A stretch of DNA of 64,000 bases from an uncultured cyanobacterium (GTDB lineage: Bacteria; Cyanobacteriota; Cyanobacteriia; Cyanobacteriales; Microcystaceae): NCBI GenBank assembly GCA_963807635.1, contig CAWEDJ010000086.1:1-64000 (forward strand), written 5' to 3'. Shown piece by piece: positions 42,751 to 55,207 of this stretch (position 1 is the stretch's first letter; each line of letters starts with the position of its first letter). The notes under the pieces are model-generated. The model saw only the letters and a program-made list of their open reading frames with translations. It searched no databases and was not told the origin of the DNA. The position numbers and the translations under genes were made by a program.

Positions 42751-43441
42751 TATTCGTATTTGGACTCCTGAATCAGATTTTGATAGTAAAGCTGTTCGAT
42801 GTATCGCCGAAAAAATCATTTCATTTTATGGCAGTGATATTAAAATTTTAGAAGCCTCGAAAATGGCTTACAATCAGGCATTCCAGAAAAATCAAAAAGA
42901 TGGATTACAAAAGCAGGTAAATATTTATCTCAAAACCAGTGATCTGGTTATCTTCTTGATTGATTATGATGGCATTCAATCCTATACTCAACGGAGCAAA
43001 GAACCTAACTCTTTAGTTAATAGAATTACAGAAGTTGTTAATTCTATTGATAAAGCTATTTTGGTTTATATCAAACAAGAGCTTGAATCTTGGTTATTAG
43101 TAGATTGTTTGGGAATTTGTTGTTACTTTACTAACAATGAGAATATTAGAACTAAACAAGACTGGATAGATTTTTCCAAAAGAAATCAGTGTGGAAATAC
43201 AGAATTAATTGTTGAATCTGTTCCAGGCGGAAAAGGAGCTAAAGAATATTTAGTAGATTTTTCTGATAGCATAAATCTTAAAATTAATCCTAATCTGGCA
43301 AAGAAATTAGATAACTTGAAGCAAAAACGATATTCTGAAAGTGATTCTCCCCAAGTTGCTAAGTATATGGAAATTAATCAGAAAACTCTTGCAAGAAATG
43401 AATCTCTTAGAGAATTTGCAAAATATTTACAAGGCAATTAA
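42743..43441 (+). CDS. TOPRIM-like/DUF4276-like protein coupled to the ATPase
   Basis: WTPESDFD, FLIDYDG (DxD) and QELESWLL; 8-nt overlap with the ATPase gene. Confidence 0.6.
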   Translation: MRSIRIWTPESDFDSKAVRCIAEKIISFYGSDIKILEASKMAYNQAFQKNQKDGLQKQVNIYLKTSDLVIFLIDYDGIQSYTQRSKEPNSLVNRITEVVNSIDKAILVYIKQELESWLLVDCLGICCYFTNNENIRTKQDWIDFSKRNQCGNTELIVESVPGGKGAKEYLVDFSDSINLKINPNLAKKLDNLKQKRYSESDSPQVAKYMEINQKTLARNESLREFAKYLQGN

Positions 43442-43466
43442 TTGAACTCTTAAAAGTATTATATTC

Positions 43467-43910
43467 ATGATTTATAGACCTTTTTCTCGTTTTACCGCTT
43501 TATTAATTTTTATTGCATCTTTCCTCATTTCTTCCCAATCCCAGGCACAAAATCCCTTATATAATCCCATCCCTTTAAGTCTTAATACAGAGATTAGCGA
43601 TCGCCTAACGGATCGGGATATTCCAACGGGGGAAGGAGGATTTGCGCGAGATTATGTAGTGGAATTAAAAAAAGGCGATCAGGTTGCCATTGATCTAAAC
43701 TCTAATGAATTTGATACGGTGATTGTATTAATTAGTTCCGATGGTTCAACGGTCGGATCGAATGATGATGGCCCTGATGGGGGAACCAATTCCCTATTAT
43801 TTGCTCGCATTGCGGAAACGGACAAATATATTGTGCGAGTCAGAACCTTTGGTGTCGCGGGGGGCGGAAAATTCGCGCTCAAAGTCAGTCGGTTGCGTCC
43901 TGCTAATTAA
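43467..43910 (+). CDS. Exported PPC (pre-peptidase C-terminal) domain protein
   Basis: Signal peptide; DIPTGEGGFARDY, FDT and NDDGPDGGTNS. Confidence 0.85.
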   Translation: MIYRPFSRFTALLIFIASFLISSQSQAQNPLYNPIPLSLNTEISDRLTDRDIPTGEGGFARDYVVELKKGDQVAIDLNSNEFDTVIVLISSDGSTVGSNDDGPDGGTNSLLFARIAETDKYIVRVRTFGVAGGGKFALKVSRLRPAN

Positions 43911-44739
43911 ACCAGACGGTTAATCCACATAAAATTAAGGCTTCTGTCCATTCAACGATCGCACCATAACTATCTCCTGTATGACCGCCGAGACGTTTTG
44001 CGAACCACCATCCCGTCAAAAGGGCGATCACACACCCCAAAATAGTGGACTGGAGAGTTAATAACCAAAATTGGGGTTGCCAGAAGTTAACAGCTAAACT
44101 AAATAAAATCAAAACAAATAAGCCGAAAAGCAAATCCTGAGGAAATTTAAAAGTTTCAGTATGAAATGCTCCTTTTCCCTCCGCTCGTAAATAGGGATAA
44201 AACGCGATCGCCGCGACCTGTCCCCAACGTCCCCGACCCATCGCCACCATCAAACAAAACCAACGCTCCGATCCCAATTCACTCAAAGCCGCAAATTTAA
44301 GCAACAACACCAACGCGATCGCCATCACCCCAAACGCCCCTGTCAGACTATCCTTCATCACCACCAAACGACGTTCGGGATCGGTTACAGCTAAACCATC
44401 CGCCGTATCACTGACTCCATCTAAATGTAATCCCCCCGTCAATCCCACCGCGATCGCCACGATGAAAATTGACCGCACCAAATTCGGAAAACCCAACCAG
44501 CCTAAAGCTCCATCCAGCAAACCCAGACTTGCCCCCAGAATCAAGCCAATCAACGGACACCAACGAGCAATACGGTCAAACTGAATCGGCCAAGCAGTAG
44601 GCAACGGCATACAAGTATAGAAAATCATTGCCCCGCCCACAGACCCAACAAATCCCCGCCATTTGGCCGTCCAATCTGGAGAAATTGCTTCGGATAAGTC
44701 TTTATTATTTTTGTTACCTTTCGATAAATTATTGTTCAC
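43903..44739 (-). CDS. cobS: Adenosylcobinamide-GDP ribazoletransferase
   Basis: TGGLHLDGVSDTADG, MKDS..GAFG and GGHTGDSYGA. Confidence 0.94.
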   Translation of the reverse strand: MNNNLSKGNKNNKDLSEAISPDWTAKWRGFVGSVGGAMIFYTCMPLPTAWPIQFDRIARWCPLIGLILGASLGLLDGALGWLGFPNLVRSIFIVAIAVGLTGGLHLDGVSDTADGLAVTDPERRLVVMKDSLTGAFGVMAIALVLLLKFAALSELGSERWFCLMVAMGRGRWGQVAAIAFYPYLRAEGKGAFHTETFKFPQDLLFGLFVLILFSLAVNFWQPQFWLLTLQSTILGCVIALLTGWWFAKRLGGHTGDSYGAIVEWTEALILCGLTVWFN

Positions 44740-44874
44740 AAAAAATTCACAGTCGTTAGGACTTATTGAGCTAAGATTAAATGGTATGCCAATCTATCGT
44801 ATTTCAGCATAACGTTAAGGTTCGTGGTACTTTTTCAGAACACGACCTCATCTTTAATCCAAGGCATTTTTTTT

Positions 44875-45323
44875 ATGAATAAATCCCAGTCTCGCCAGCC
44901 GTTGCCTGCTCCTTGCATCATTGATTCGGGTATTATCGTCAATAAGGAAGATATGCGTCGTTTGCTTAATGATATTGGCAGAGTTCATTATTTGCATACC
45001 TTAGACGGATTTATACAGAGCGAAGGGGAGGGCTGGATCATGGAAATTTTTGCTGATGCAACCCAAGCCACCCTCGTCGCCAATCACTCCCTCTATCTGA
45101 ATCTCCAAAGCTTTGATTATCTGATACTTGATAGTGACGACCAAGCGCAAACTTGTTTTGAACTCGTTCAAGAAAATCGTCATTTACGGTTAACGCCCCT
45201 ATCTAGCCCACTACAAGAAGATGGCCGAATAGTTACCTGGATGTTGAAGCCCTGGAAGCGATGGTTACCCAAGTTCTTTCTGCTCAATGGGATGTGCAAT
45301 TGGATGATGATTGTGCTTTCTGA
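44875..45323 (+). CDS. Conserved cyanobacterial hypothetical protein, frameshifted near 45225
   Basis: LPAPCIIDSGIIVNKEDM; the shifted frame ends EAMVTQVLSAQWDVQLDDDCAF. Confidence 0.65.
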
Positions 45324-45476
45324 TTTTTTGCCATAGCATCCTAGATAATAAGCATAACCTTTAAAAATTGAAAAATAAGAGGTTTTTATCTCGTTATTTA
45401 TCCCAGAATACGTCCAGAAGAGACACACCTTGATTGTGTTAAAATCTTTTCAATAATATTTCTTGGCGTATCGTTA

Positions 45477-46181
45477 ATGAAGCTAACCCAAAAAGACGAT
45501 AAAATTCCTTTCATTCAATTAATAGGCAAGGTTCGATTAGTCATTTGTCTGATTATTATTGTTGCGATCGCGATTATTGGCCCGCAGTTAAAAGGAACGA
45601 GAGAAGTTCCTTGGGATATTCAATTTTTAAATTGGTTACATACCGTTATTCCGCCTAGTATGGGTGAAGTTTTAAAAGTAATTTATATCATGACAGGAGC
45701 GAATGTTACAGCTTTTGTTGTCTTAGGAACTTTAGGTTATCTCTTTTGGAAACGTTATTGGGAAGAAGCTAAATATTTAGCCTTTGCGTCTTTGGGAATT
45801 TTATTATTAATTGATCAGATCCTAAAACCCATCTTTGGTCGTATTCGTCCAGGATCTTTTTCCGAATCTCTTGCCAGTTTAGTTAATGTGGATGGTAAAA
45901 GTTTTCCGAGTGGCCATTCGGCGGGGAGTGTGGTTTTCTATTTCTATATGGCTTTTCTATTGTCAACTCATTTTCCCCATCTTAAAAAATATATTTATCT
46001 AGGAGCAATGGTTTGGGTAGGATTAATTGGGCTAAGTAGTACCTATTGTCGAGTTCACTGGGGAACCGATATTATCGCGGGTTACAGTGTGGGTTTTGTT
46101 TGGTTAACGCTAGCGATCGCCTTATTACAACGAGCGGCTCCTGAGACCTATTATTTTCCAAAAAATCAACTTAAAATATGA
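45477..46181 (+). CDS. PAP2-family phosphatase
   Basis: K...GRIRP, SFPSGHS and CRVHWGTDI. Confidence 0.9.
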   Translation: MKLTQKDDKIPFIQLIGKVRLVICLIIIVAIAIIGPQLKGTREVPWDIQFLNWLHTVIPPSMGEVLKVIYIMTGANVTAFVVLGTLGYLFWKRYWEEAKYLAFASLGILLLIDQILKPIFGRIRPGSFSESLASLVNVDGKSFPSGHSAGSVVFYFYMAFLLSTHFPHLKKYIYLGAMVWVGLIGLSSTYCRVHWGTDIIAGYSVGFVWLTLAIALLQRAAPETYYFPKNQLKI

Positions 46182-46632
46182 CCGATTATTTTTTTCAATT
46201 CGAGCAAGATTTTGTAGAATCTCTGCGCTGTATTCCCATGTTAGTCAGGTTAAATTTAGATACCTGCGGTGTCAAACTAAAGTTAGTCCATTGGAATCAA
46301 TTCAATTCAGAGGAACGTCAATCTTTACTTCAACTTCCCTGTTCAACATCTGATGAAATCGAGAGTTATCGGCAGTTTCTACAGAATTTAATTACTCAAA
46401 AAACAGGTGAACCCGCAACGGAAATTGCGATCGCCTCTAATCCTCCTGGTTAGATCCAGACATCATTCCTGATAGTGTTCAATCCAAGGCGATCAAAACA
46501 GGATTAACTTTAACTCAATCTCAATGGCGATCGCTGACCCCCATTCAACGCTTTGCCCTGATCAAACTCAGTCGAGCTAGTCACGAAAACCATAATTTTG
46601 CCCCTGCTTTACAAGAATTTGGATTATGCTGA
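46178..46632 (+). CDS. narM: Nitrate reductase associated protein NarM, frameshifted near 46448
   Basis: FFQFEQDFVESLRCIPM.VR..LD.CG.KLKL; second frame QRFALIKLSRASHENHNF. Confidence 0.85.
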
Positions 46633-46655
46633 ACACCACTTTTAGTTAATTTCAA

Positions 46656-46714
46656 TTCCCCCAAAGTTGGGGGCTAGGGGGCTTTATTCCCCCAAAATTC
46701 GGGGTTAAGGGGCA
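46656..46714. repeat. Two tandem REP-like units (TTCCCCCAAAGTTGGGGGCTAGGGGGC family)
   Basis: Near-identical to 36612..36640; lies between the convergent narM and cpcG genes. Confidence 0.75.
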
Positions 46715-46822
46715 AACCCAAAAATGAAGGAAAGCCACTGATCCACAGGATAATCAAATCAAAAAGACCTAATCATCTTGCCAATCAATAACTTTCCTTA
46801 AAAAAGTCTGGTTAAAACCAAA

Positions 46823-47575
46823 TTAACGCCGACGGGGTACGGACGCTTCAATATTAATATTGAGAGCCGAAATTTTAGGCGTAGGACTGACAGTCGGATT
46901 GATGCTCCGAACCATTCCTAAGAAAAGACTGGGATCGCCTGCTTTTGCTTTTTTGTCCTGGGGAACGAAACGACGAATTTCGTTTTGCCAAACAATTTGG
47001 GGGAAGCCCAACTGACGACGGTGGTAAGCATCATAACGGGGAGAGGTGATGTTAAAGGGACGCTCACCTAATTCTCTTCCAGGTAGATTGCGACGACGTT
47101 GGTAGGGAACGGTATCATAACCGAAACTATTTAGGTATTCATCGCTATTGAGCAGGGTATCAACAAAGCCCTGAATGCCTTTAGTCGCCACAACAATTGA
47201 CCAAGCAATTTTTTCCCGTTCGTTATAAACCTCGCGGCCTAAGACTTTTTGAACGGTGTGTTCGACAAAGCGGTAGTTACTGTTTTTATCATAGAAACTC
47301 GTGCGGTAGGTATTCGAGAGCAATAGTCCCCAAATGAAATCTCTTACGGTCAATTGTCCATTGCGGAAGTTGGGATTCCAGAATTTTTTCTCTGTCCCAC
47401 TTGAAGGCATGGAAGAAAATTTGACGATAGGCGGCTTCGATCAAGTTGCCCATTTCGGAAGGAGAGAGTAGGTTTTCAGTCGTAAACACTGGGGGTGTTT
47501 CGTCATTACCGACTTCAAACCCTTCAACGCGCACGTTCTGACTTTTTGCCCGTACTCTAGAAGCGGAATAGCCAA
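46823..47575 (-). CDS. cpcG: Phycobilisome rod-core linker CpcG, frameshifted
   Basis: TTG start after GGAGG gives [45 protein letters not shown] and PRYD. Confidence 0.9.
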
Positions 47576-47657
47576 GTTAAAACCTCCGTAATATTAGAAA
47601 AGCTTAAATTGAATTAACCTAAATGATAAGGGAGTCGGGGCCTACCCATTGCCAAAT

Positions 47658-47675
47658 ATTACAATTTATTACAAA
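47658..47675. promoter_or_regulatory. HLR1-like direct repeat (RpaB site) upstream of cpcG
   Basis: ATTACAAT-TT-ATTACAAA versus consensus (G/T)TTACA(T/A)(T/A)-N2 repeated. Confidence 0.5.
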
Positions 47676-47782
47676 CATTAATGTTTTCTGCTCAAAGTTG
47701 ATGCCTGAGTTTCGAGATCAACGTTAAAAAAGCTCTATTTCTTCCAAAATTACGGTTTAAATCAGCAATAGGTAATTCCCTT

Positions 47783-48379
47783 TTACCAACCACTGATAGC
47801 ATCAAAGGCGATCGCATCAGACGTTACAGCAGAAACACTGTCTAACTCGGACTCCGATTCTTCTACCGTCCGCATTTCTGTACAAAATTGGCCGTATTGA
47901 ATCCTCCAAAACGTTGCACCGTACTCGTTCTCAGGCGTAAATTAGGATTCGCAAACCAGAATCGCTCAATGGTTGTCATGGTTTCATAGTCTGTCACCAG
48001 AACTAAAGCTTCTTCCTCGTCAATGTGATATCTTCCCGCGATCGGGACAATTTCGGCGTAACCCCGTTCTCGCAGAAGCGTTCCCGACTGGGGATTGTCT
48101 GCATCGGGGATCAGGGCAAACACCGTTGTTCCCTCATGATTTTCCCCTTCTTGATCCCAGGACATCGCGCTTTCCCAACTGACAAAGGCTCCACCGACAG
48201 CCAAAGCTGCATCAAATTCATGGAGTTCACAAATTTCAATCACCTTGGGATTAGCCGCGTCCAAAGCTTCGACATAAATTTCTGATGTTCCAATTTCGGC
48301 CCGTCGAAACGCTGATGGTGGGTAGTCCGCTCGATCGCCATTTCCCCGAACTTTTCTGAAAAAACTCCATTGCATCCAC
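47783..48379 (-). CDS. cpcS: Phycobiliprotein lyase of the CpcS/CpeS family, frameshifted
   Basis: GTG start gives MDAMEFFQKSSGKWRS; LLRERGYAE, ERFWFANPNLRLRTS and a C-terminal ...SGW. Confidence 0.85.
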
Positions 48380-48487
48380 AGATTTAGCCTCTATAAATTA
48401 AAAATCAATAATTAGTATTATTAGGGAATGTCATAAACCTGACTGCTCTCTTATCCATTGTAAAGACTGGAGTGACTGAAGATTAAT

Positions 48488-49162
48488 TTAGACCTGTTTT
48501 TCTTGAATGATGCGATAACAATCAGCAACAGGCAATCTTTCGGTCATGGCTTGAACCAATGCGTCATATTCAGCACGATGACCTTCCAAGAGATTTTTTG
48601 CCTGCACCAAGGCCCAACGCTCCTTTTGTGGATAAATAGCTTGGGGTAATTGAGACAAATTGAGGGAGATCAATAATTTTTGACGATCATCATTTCCTCC
48701 CTCTGCTTGACCATAAATTAATTGCTCTGCCGCGATCCCCGCCATCCAAACCGTTGCAAATCGTTCTAGGATCAGGGGAAATTTTTGCCAATCTTGGGAC
48801 TGACTTTCGAGCGGTTCTGTATCAAATTCTACTCCCCCGAAACCTGGTTTTCCTTGCTTAAAGGTTTCCCAAGCAGAAAGAGTGTAGGTTTTGATAGGAA
48901 TTCCCAGGTAATAGGCCGCCAAAAAATGACCTGCTTCGTGGTGCAAAATTCTTTCTCGTTGCTTTTTGGAAGCCAGGCTATCGAGGAATAAATTGCTCCC
49001 CTGACCTTGCCAAACAAATTGATCGGCGGTGATCAGTCCCAACAAAGAAATGGTCGTTAGGGCAGTCACAAAGGGAGACAGATGGATCAATGGCCCGATT
49101 AAAACAGAGAGCATCATCACAAAAACAGCGATCGCGGTTAAATTTAAAGGCAAATCTGACAT
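48488..49162 (-). CDS. M41-like zinc metalloprotease lacking an ATPase domain
   Basis: Two TM segments; RILHHEAGHFL, MAGIAAE and GG.DD. Confidence 0.82.
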   Translation of the reverse strand: MSDLPLNLTAIAVFVMMLSVLIGPLIHLSPFVTALTTISLLGLITADQFVWQGQGSNLFLDSLASKKQRERILHHEAGHFLAAYYLGIPIKTYTLSAWETFKQGKPGFGGVEFDTEPLESQSQDWQKFPLILERFATVWMAGIAAEQLIYGQAEGGNDDRQKLLISLNLSQLPQAIYPQKERWALVQAKNLLEGHRAEYDALVQAMTERLPVADCYRIIQEKQV

Positions 49163-49281
49163 CAAGAATCCCCTCAGTATTTTTCAGGATAAAATATATT
49201 TGTTGATTTTAAAAAATCATTAGAAATAATGAGAATTTAATCAAAGTCGTTAAACTCATTCGGCAGGATCGGCATTTGTCT

Positions 49282-49299
49282 GTTACAATATTTTACAAT
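49282..49299. promoter_or_regulatory. HLR1 element (RpaB site) upstream of rimO-crhR
   Basis: GTTACAAT-AT-TTTACAAT matches the HLR1 consensus exactly. Confidence 0.6.
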
Positions 49300-49408
49300 A
49301 CAGGGGAAAACCAAATCCTAACTAACAATCGTCCGACTCGGCTGAACGTTAAAGCATTCTTGGTTTACAACCCCAAAGTCGTGATAACAGGGTGATACCA
49401 AGAAACGC

Positions 49409-50721
49409 ATGGGCAACAAGCCAACGATCGCCATCTCCCATCTGGGATGCGAAAAGAACCGTATCGATTCAGAACATATGCTAGGCTTGCTAGTACAAGC
49501 AGGTTACTCAGTTGATGCCAACGAAGAACTAGCAGATTACGTCATTGTTAACACTTGCAGCTTTATTGGGGATGCCCGAAAGGAATCGGTGCGTACCCTC
49601 GTTGAATTAGCAGAAGCCGATAAGAAAATTATTATCTCTGGTTGTTTAGCGCAACACTTTCAAGAACAGCTTTTAGAAGAAATTCCCGAAGCAGTTGCGG
49701 TCGTCGGTACGGGCGATTATCAAAAAATTGTTGAAATCGTTGAAAAAGTAGAGCAAGGTGAGCGAGTCAAGGCGATTTCTGCCGAGCCGACCTATATTGC
49801 CGATGAACATACCCCCCGTTATCGCACAACGACCGAAGGCGTGGCCTATCTGCGGGTGGCTGAAGGTTGCGACTATCGATGTGCTTTTTGCATTATTCCC
49901 CATCTACGGGGTAATCAGCGATCGCGGCCATTGAATCGATTGTGGCAGAAGCACGGCAATTGGCCGCCCAAGGAGTCAAGGAAATCATTCTTATTTCCCA
50001 AATCACCACTAACTATGGTTTAGATTTGTACGGCGAACCTAAATTGGATGAATTGCTACGGGCTCTTGGTCAAGTTGATGTTCCCTGGATACGCATCCAT
50101 TATGCCTATCCCACTGGACTCACCCCCAAGGTAATCAAAGCCATTCAGGAAACCCCCAACGTCCTGCCCTACCTAGATTTACCCCTCCAACACTCCCACT
50201 CGGAGATCCTCAAAGCCATGAATCGACCCTGGCAAGGTCAAGTCAATGATGTTATCATTGAAAAGATTCAAAACGCAATTCCCAACGCCATCCTGCGTAC
50301 TACTTTTATTGTCGGTTTTCCAGGCGAAAGGCCAGAACATTTTGATCATTTACTTAGCTTTGTTCAACGCCATGAGTTCGACCATGTAGGAGTCTTTACC
50401 TTCTCACCCGAAGAAGAAACCCCTGCTTACAAAATGCCCCATCAAGTCCCAGCAAAGGTGATGGACGAGCGGCGTAATCTTTTAATGCAGACTCAGCAAC
50501 CGATTTCTGCTAAAAAAAATCAAGCCTCTATTGGAAAGACGGTTGAGGTTCTGATTGAACAAGAAAATCCTGAAACAGGGGAATTGATCGGGCGTTCAGC
50601 CCGCTTTGCCCCAGAAGTCGATGGATTGGTCTATGTCAAAGGAGAGGCTCGCCTGGGAGTCATTGTTCCCGTCACCATTACCGCAGCAGATGTTTACGAT
50701 CTCTATGGAGAAGTGGTGTAA
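49409..50721 (+). CDS. rimO: Ribosomal protein S12 methylthiotransferase, frameshifted near 49928
   Basis: [17 protein letters not shown], radical [13 protein letters not shown] and APEVDG. Confidence 0.95.
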
Positions 50722-50842
50722 GCGGAGTTGTGAAAACTCGACCAGCGTTATCCATAGGGATGTATGAAAAATATATTTCTTCCGATAACTCAAATTTTAT
50801 TAACCCTTGTCAACTTATATTCTGAAAAATACAACGTTCCCT

Positions 50843-52274
<1,432 letters not shown>

Positions 52275-52301
52275 GGATTAATAACTATTGTGTCTCGTTT
52301 T

Positions 52302-52325
52302 AGCTCGCTTCGGCGGGCTTTTTTT
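52302..52325 (+). terminator. Intrinsic terminator after crhR
   Basis: AGCTCGC-TTCG-GCGGGCT stem-loop followed by a T-run. Confidence 0.85.
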
Positions 52326-52413
52326 ATTGGCAATTAGGGCTTTTTGTTGCAAATAGCCATCACTAAAGACTATGATGAGGAATCTACCTAGTGTTGCGAG
52401 CAAGTCGCGGATC

Positions 52414-52947
52414 ATGACTTATACCGCTAATTCCCTCAAATCAGAATTAAATTCCAGAGGCTGGCGATTAACTCCCCAACGAGAAAAAATTCTTCACGTC
52501 TTTCAAAATTTACCTAAGGGTAATCATCTCAGTGCGGAAGAACTTTACGAATTGTTAGAAAAGCGCAAGGAAGGCATTAGTTTGTCCACGATCTACCGTA
52601 GTGTCAAATTAATGTCCCGTATGGGCATTTTACGGGAGTTAGAACTGGCAGAAGGTCATAAACATTACGAACTCCATCAGGCCCATCACCATCACCATCA
52701 TATTGTTTGCGTGCAGTGCAACCGAACCATTGAATTTAATAATGATTCGATTTTAAAACACAGTTTAAAGCAGTGCGATAAAGAAGGCTTTCAACTGATT
52801 GATTGTCAATTAACGGTGACAACCATCTGTCCTGAAGCAATTCGCATGGGATGGCCATTCGGCTTGCCCAGTAATTGGTGCTGTACTCGAACTATTTCTA
52901 AAAGTCATCCCGAATCCGATGTTGTCAATCCTTCGTCCCTAGAATAA
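52414..52947 (+). CDS. fur: Ferric uptake regulator (FurA-type)
   Basis: YTANSLKSELNSRGWRLTPQR, HLSAEEL, SLSTIYR and HHHIVCVQC. Confidence 0.92.
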   Translation: MTYTANSLKSELNSRGWRLTPQREKILHVFQNLPKGNHLSAEELYELLEKRKEGISLSTIYRSVKLMSRMGILRELELAEGHKHYELHQAHHHHHHIVCVQCNRTIEFNNDSILKHSLKQCDKEGFQLIDCQLTVTTICPEAIRMGWPFGLPSNWCCTRTISKSHPESDVVNPSSLE

Positions 52948-53472
52948 AATAAAAGCTTTAATTCCTGATTATTTAAGAATCAATTAACCCATGAATCCCC
53001 AAGTTTGCTTAAGTTTTGTGACTTTTCCTCTGCTGGTAGGATTAAGTCTTTCCCGTCCCTTAACTGAGGGAATTATAGAATTAGGAAAATTGAGTGAAGA
53101 AGTTTTTCGGGGCGATCGCCTACCGATTTTACCGTTTCCAGAGGTGACTCTTCCTGGGAAAGATTAGCCCAAGGGATGTTTTCTGGTTTATTGATAAGTT
53201 TTTTCTCTCAGTTTCATCAGTAAATATTAAGTAAATATACCGATATTCTTTTCTATTTTTCCAGATTTTAATGGATTTTACGCTATCATTAGAGAGCTTA
53301 TTCGGTAAAAATAATAGAGCTTTCATCAAAAATTTTCACAAAATTTTAATCATATCTACTAGTCTATTTCGTTTAAATTAGAACAATATAAAAATAATAA
53401 TTAGGCTGGATACTTGAAATTATTCCGTTATCAATAACGGTTTCGGTTTGCGTGTATTCTATTTTTGACAAT

Positions 53473-55084
53473 ATGACCCCCTTTAAAAACGCTGATATCA
53501 AAAGATTTTCTCTTACAACTCCCCTGTATTACGTTAATGATGTTCCCCACCTGGGGAGTGCCTACACCACAATGGTGGCCGATGCGATCGCCCGTTTTAA
53601 GCGACTTCAGGGTTATTCCGTTTTGCTGATTACAGGAACTGACGAACATGGGCAAAAAATTCAACGGACAGCCGAAGCAAAGGGATTATCGCCCCAGGTA
53701 CATTGCGATCGCATCGTCACGAGTTTTGAATCCCTCTGGCAAAAATTAGATATTCAATACGACCGTTTCAGTCGCACGACTGCTCTCCGCCATGCCGCAA
53801 TTGTTAAGGAATTTTTTGAACGAGTTGCAGGGGCAGGAGATATTTACCTCGCCCAACAACAGGGATGGTATTGCGTTGCCTGTGAAGAATTTAAGGAAAA
53901 GCGAGATCTATTAGAAAATGGCTGTTGTCCTACCCATACTAATTTGACCGCCGAGTGGCGAGATGAGGAAAATTACTTCTTTCGCTTGTCTCGCTATCAG
54001 GAAGCACTGGAAAAACTCTACGAGGAAAACCCTGATTTTATTCAACCCGAAAGTCGTCGTAATGAAGTCCTAAACTTTGTTAAACAAGGATTACAGGATT
54101 TTTCTATCTCTCGGATTAATCTGGACTGGGGGTTTCCAATTCCGACTGATCCGAAACACACCATCTATGTTTGGTTTGACGCACTGTTGGGGTATGTTAC
54201 GGCCCATTAGATCCAGATCAGGAACCCACCTTAACTAATGCCCTGGCTAACTGGTGGCCGATTAATTTGCATTTGATCGGTAAAGACATTCTCCGATTTC
54301 ATGCCGTGTATTGGCCTGCAACGTTGATGGCGGCCCAACTTTCCCTTCCTGAAAAAGTGTTTGGTCATGGATTTCTGACCAAAGATAACCAAAAAATGGG
54401 CAAAAGTCTGGGTAATACCTTAGATCCTGTAGATTTAGTGGAACGCTATGGGGCCGATGCGGTACGCTATTATTTCCTGACCCAAATTGAACTTGGCAAG
54501 GATGGAGATTTTAACGAAACCCGTTTTATTAATGTCCTCAATGCTGATCTGGCGAACGATTTGGGGAATTTACTGAATCGAACCTTGGGGATGGTAAAAA
54601 AATATTGTCAAGGTCAAGGCCCTCAATTGACGGCGGCGGATTTATCACCCGATGATGCGCTGTTATTGTTGGGTCGAGATCTTGGCGATCGCGTTACGGA
54701 ATCCTACGATAAATTGGCCTTGAGTGAAGCGGGGAAGAAATTTTCATCCTGATTCGCGCCTGTAATAAATACATTGATGAAAATGCCCCTTGGAGTTTGT
54801 ACAAACAGCAACAACACCAAGAGGTTGAAAAAATTTTATATAGTGTTCTAGAATCTATTCGTCTAGCGGCCTATCTCCTCTCTCCCATTATTCCCAATTT
54901 AAGTACGGATATTTATCACCAGTTAGGTTTTACGATTCATTTTAACGATTGGGAAAAATTGAAGGAAACAGTTACCTTTGAAGAACATGGGCAATGGGGG
55001 TCTTTTCCTGCAAATATCCAGTTAAATGTGGCTAAACCCATTTTTAATCGTCTGGAACTCCCTGTTAGTGACGGCTCACCTTGA
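53473..55084 (+). CDS. metG: Methionine--tRNA ligase, split by two frameshifts
   Basis: YYVNDVPHLGSAY, GTDEHGQK, YVWFDAL, IGKDILRFH and KMGKSLGN. Confidence 0.94.
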
Positions 55085-55207
55085 TCTTTTATTAGGTCAT
55101 CTCTTACTTTTGAGTTATTATCGGGCTAATACGCTATCTGTTTTAATTTTTTCCAATTTTTAAAGAAATCCTTTTTTTAAACGTATAACAAACGAGGTAT
55201 AACAAAA

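Noticed and set aside
53137..53187. Hairpin and ORF 53129..53329 between fur and metG
   Set aside because: The pairing is imperfect, with no T-box or SAM riboswitch signature, and the ORF has no convincing features.
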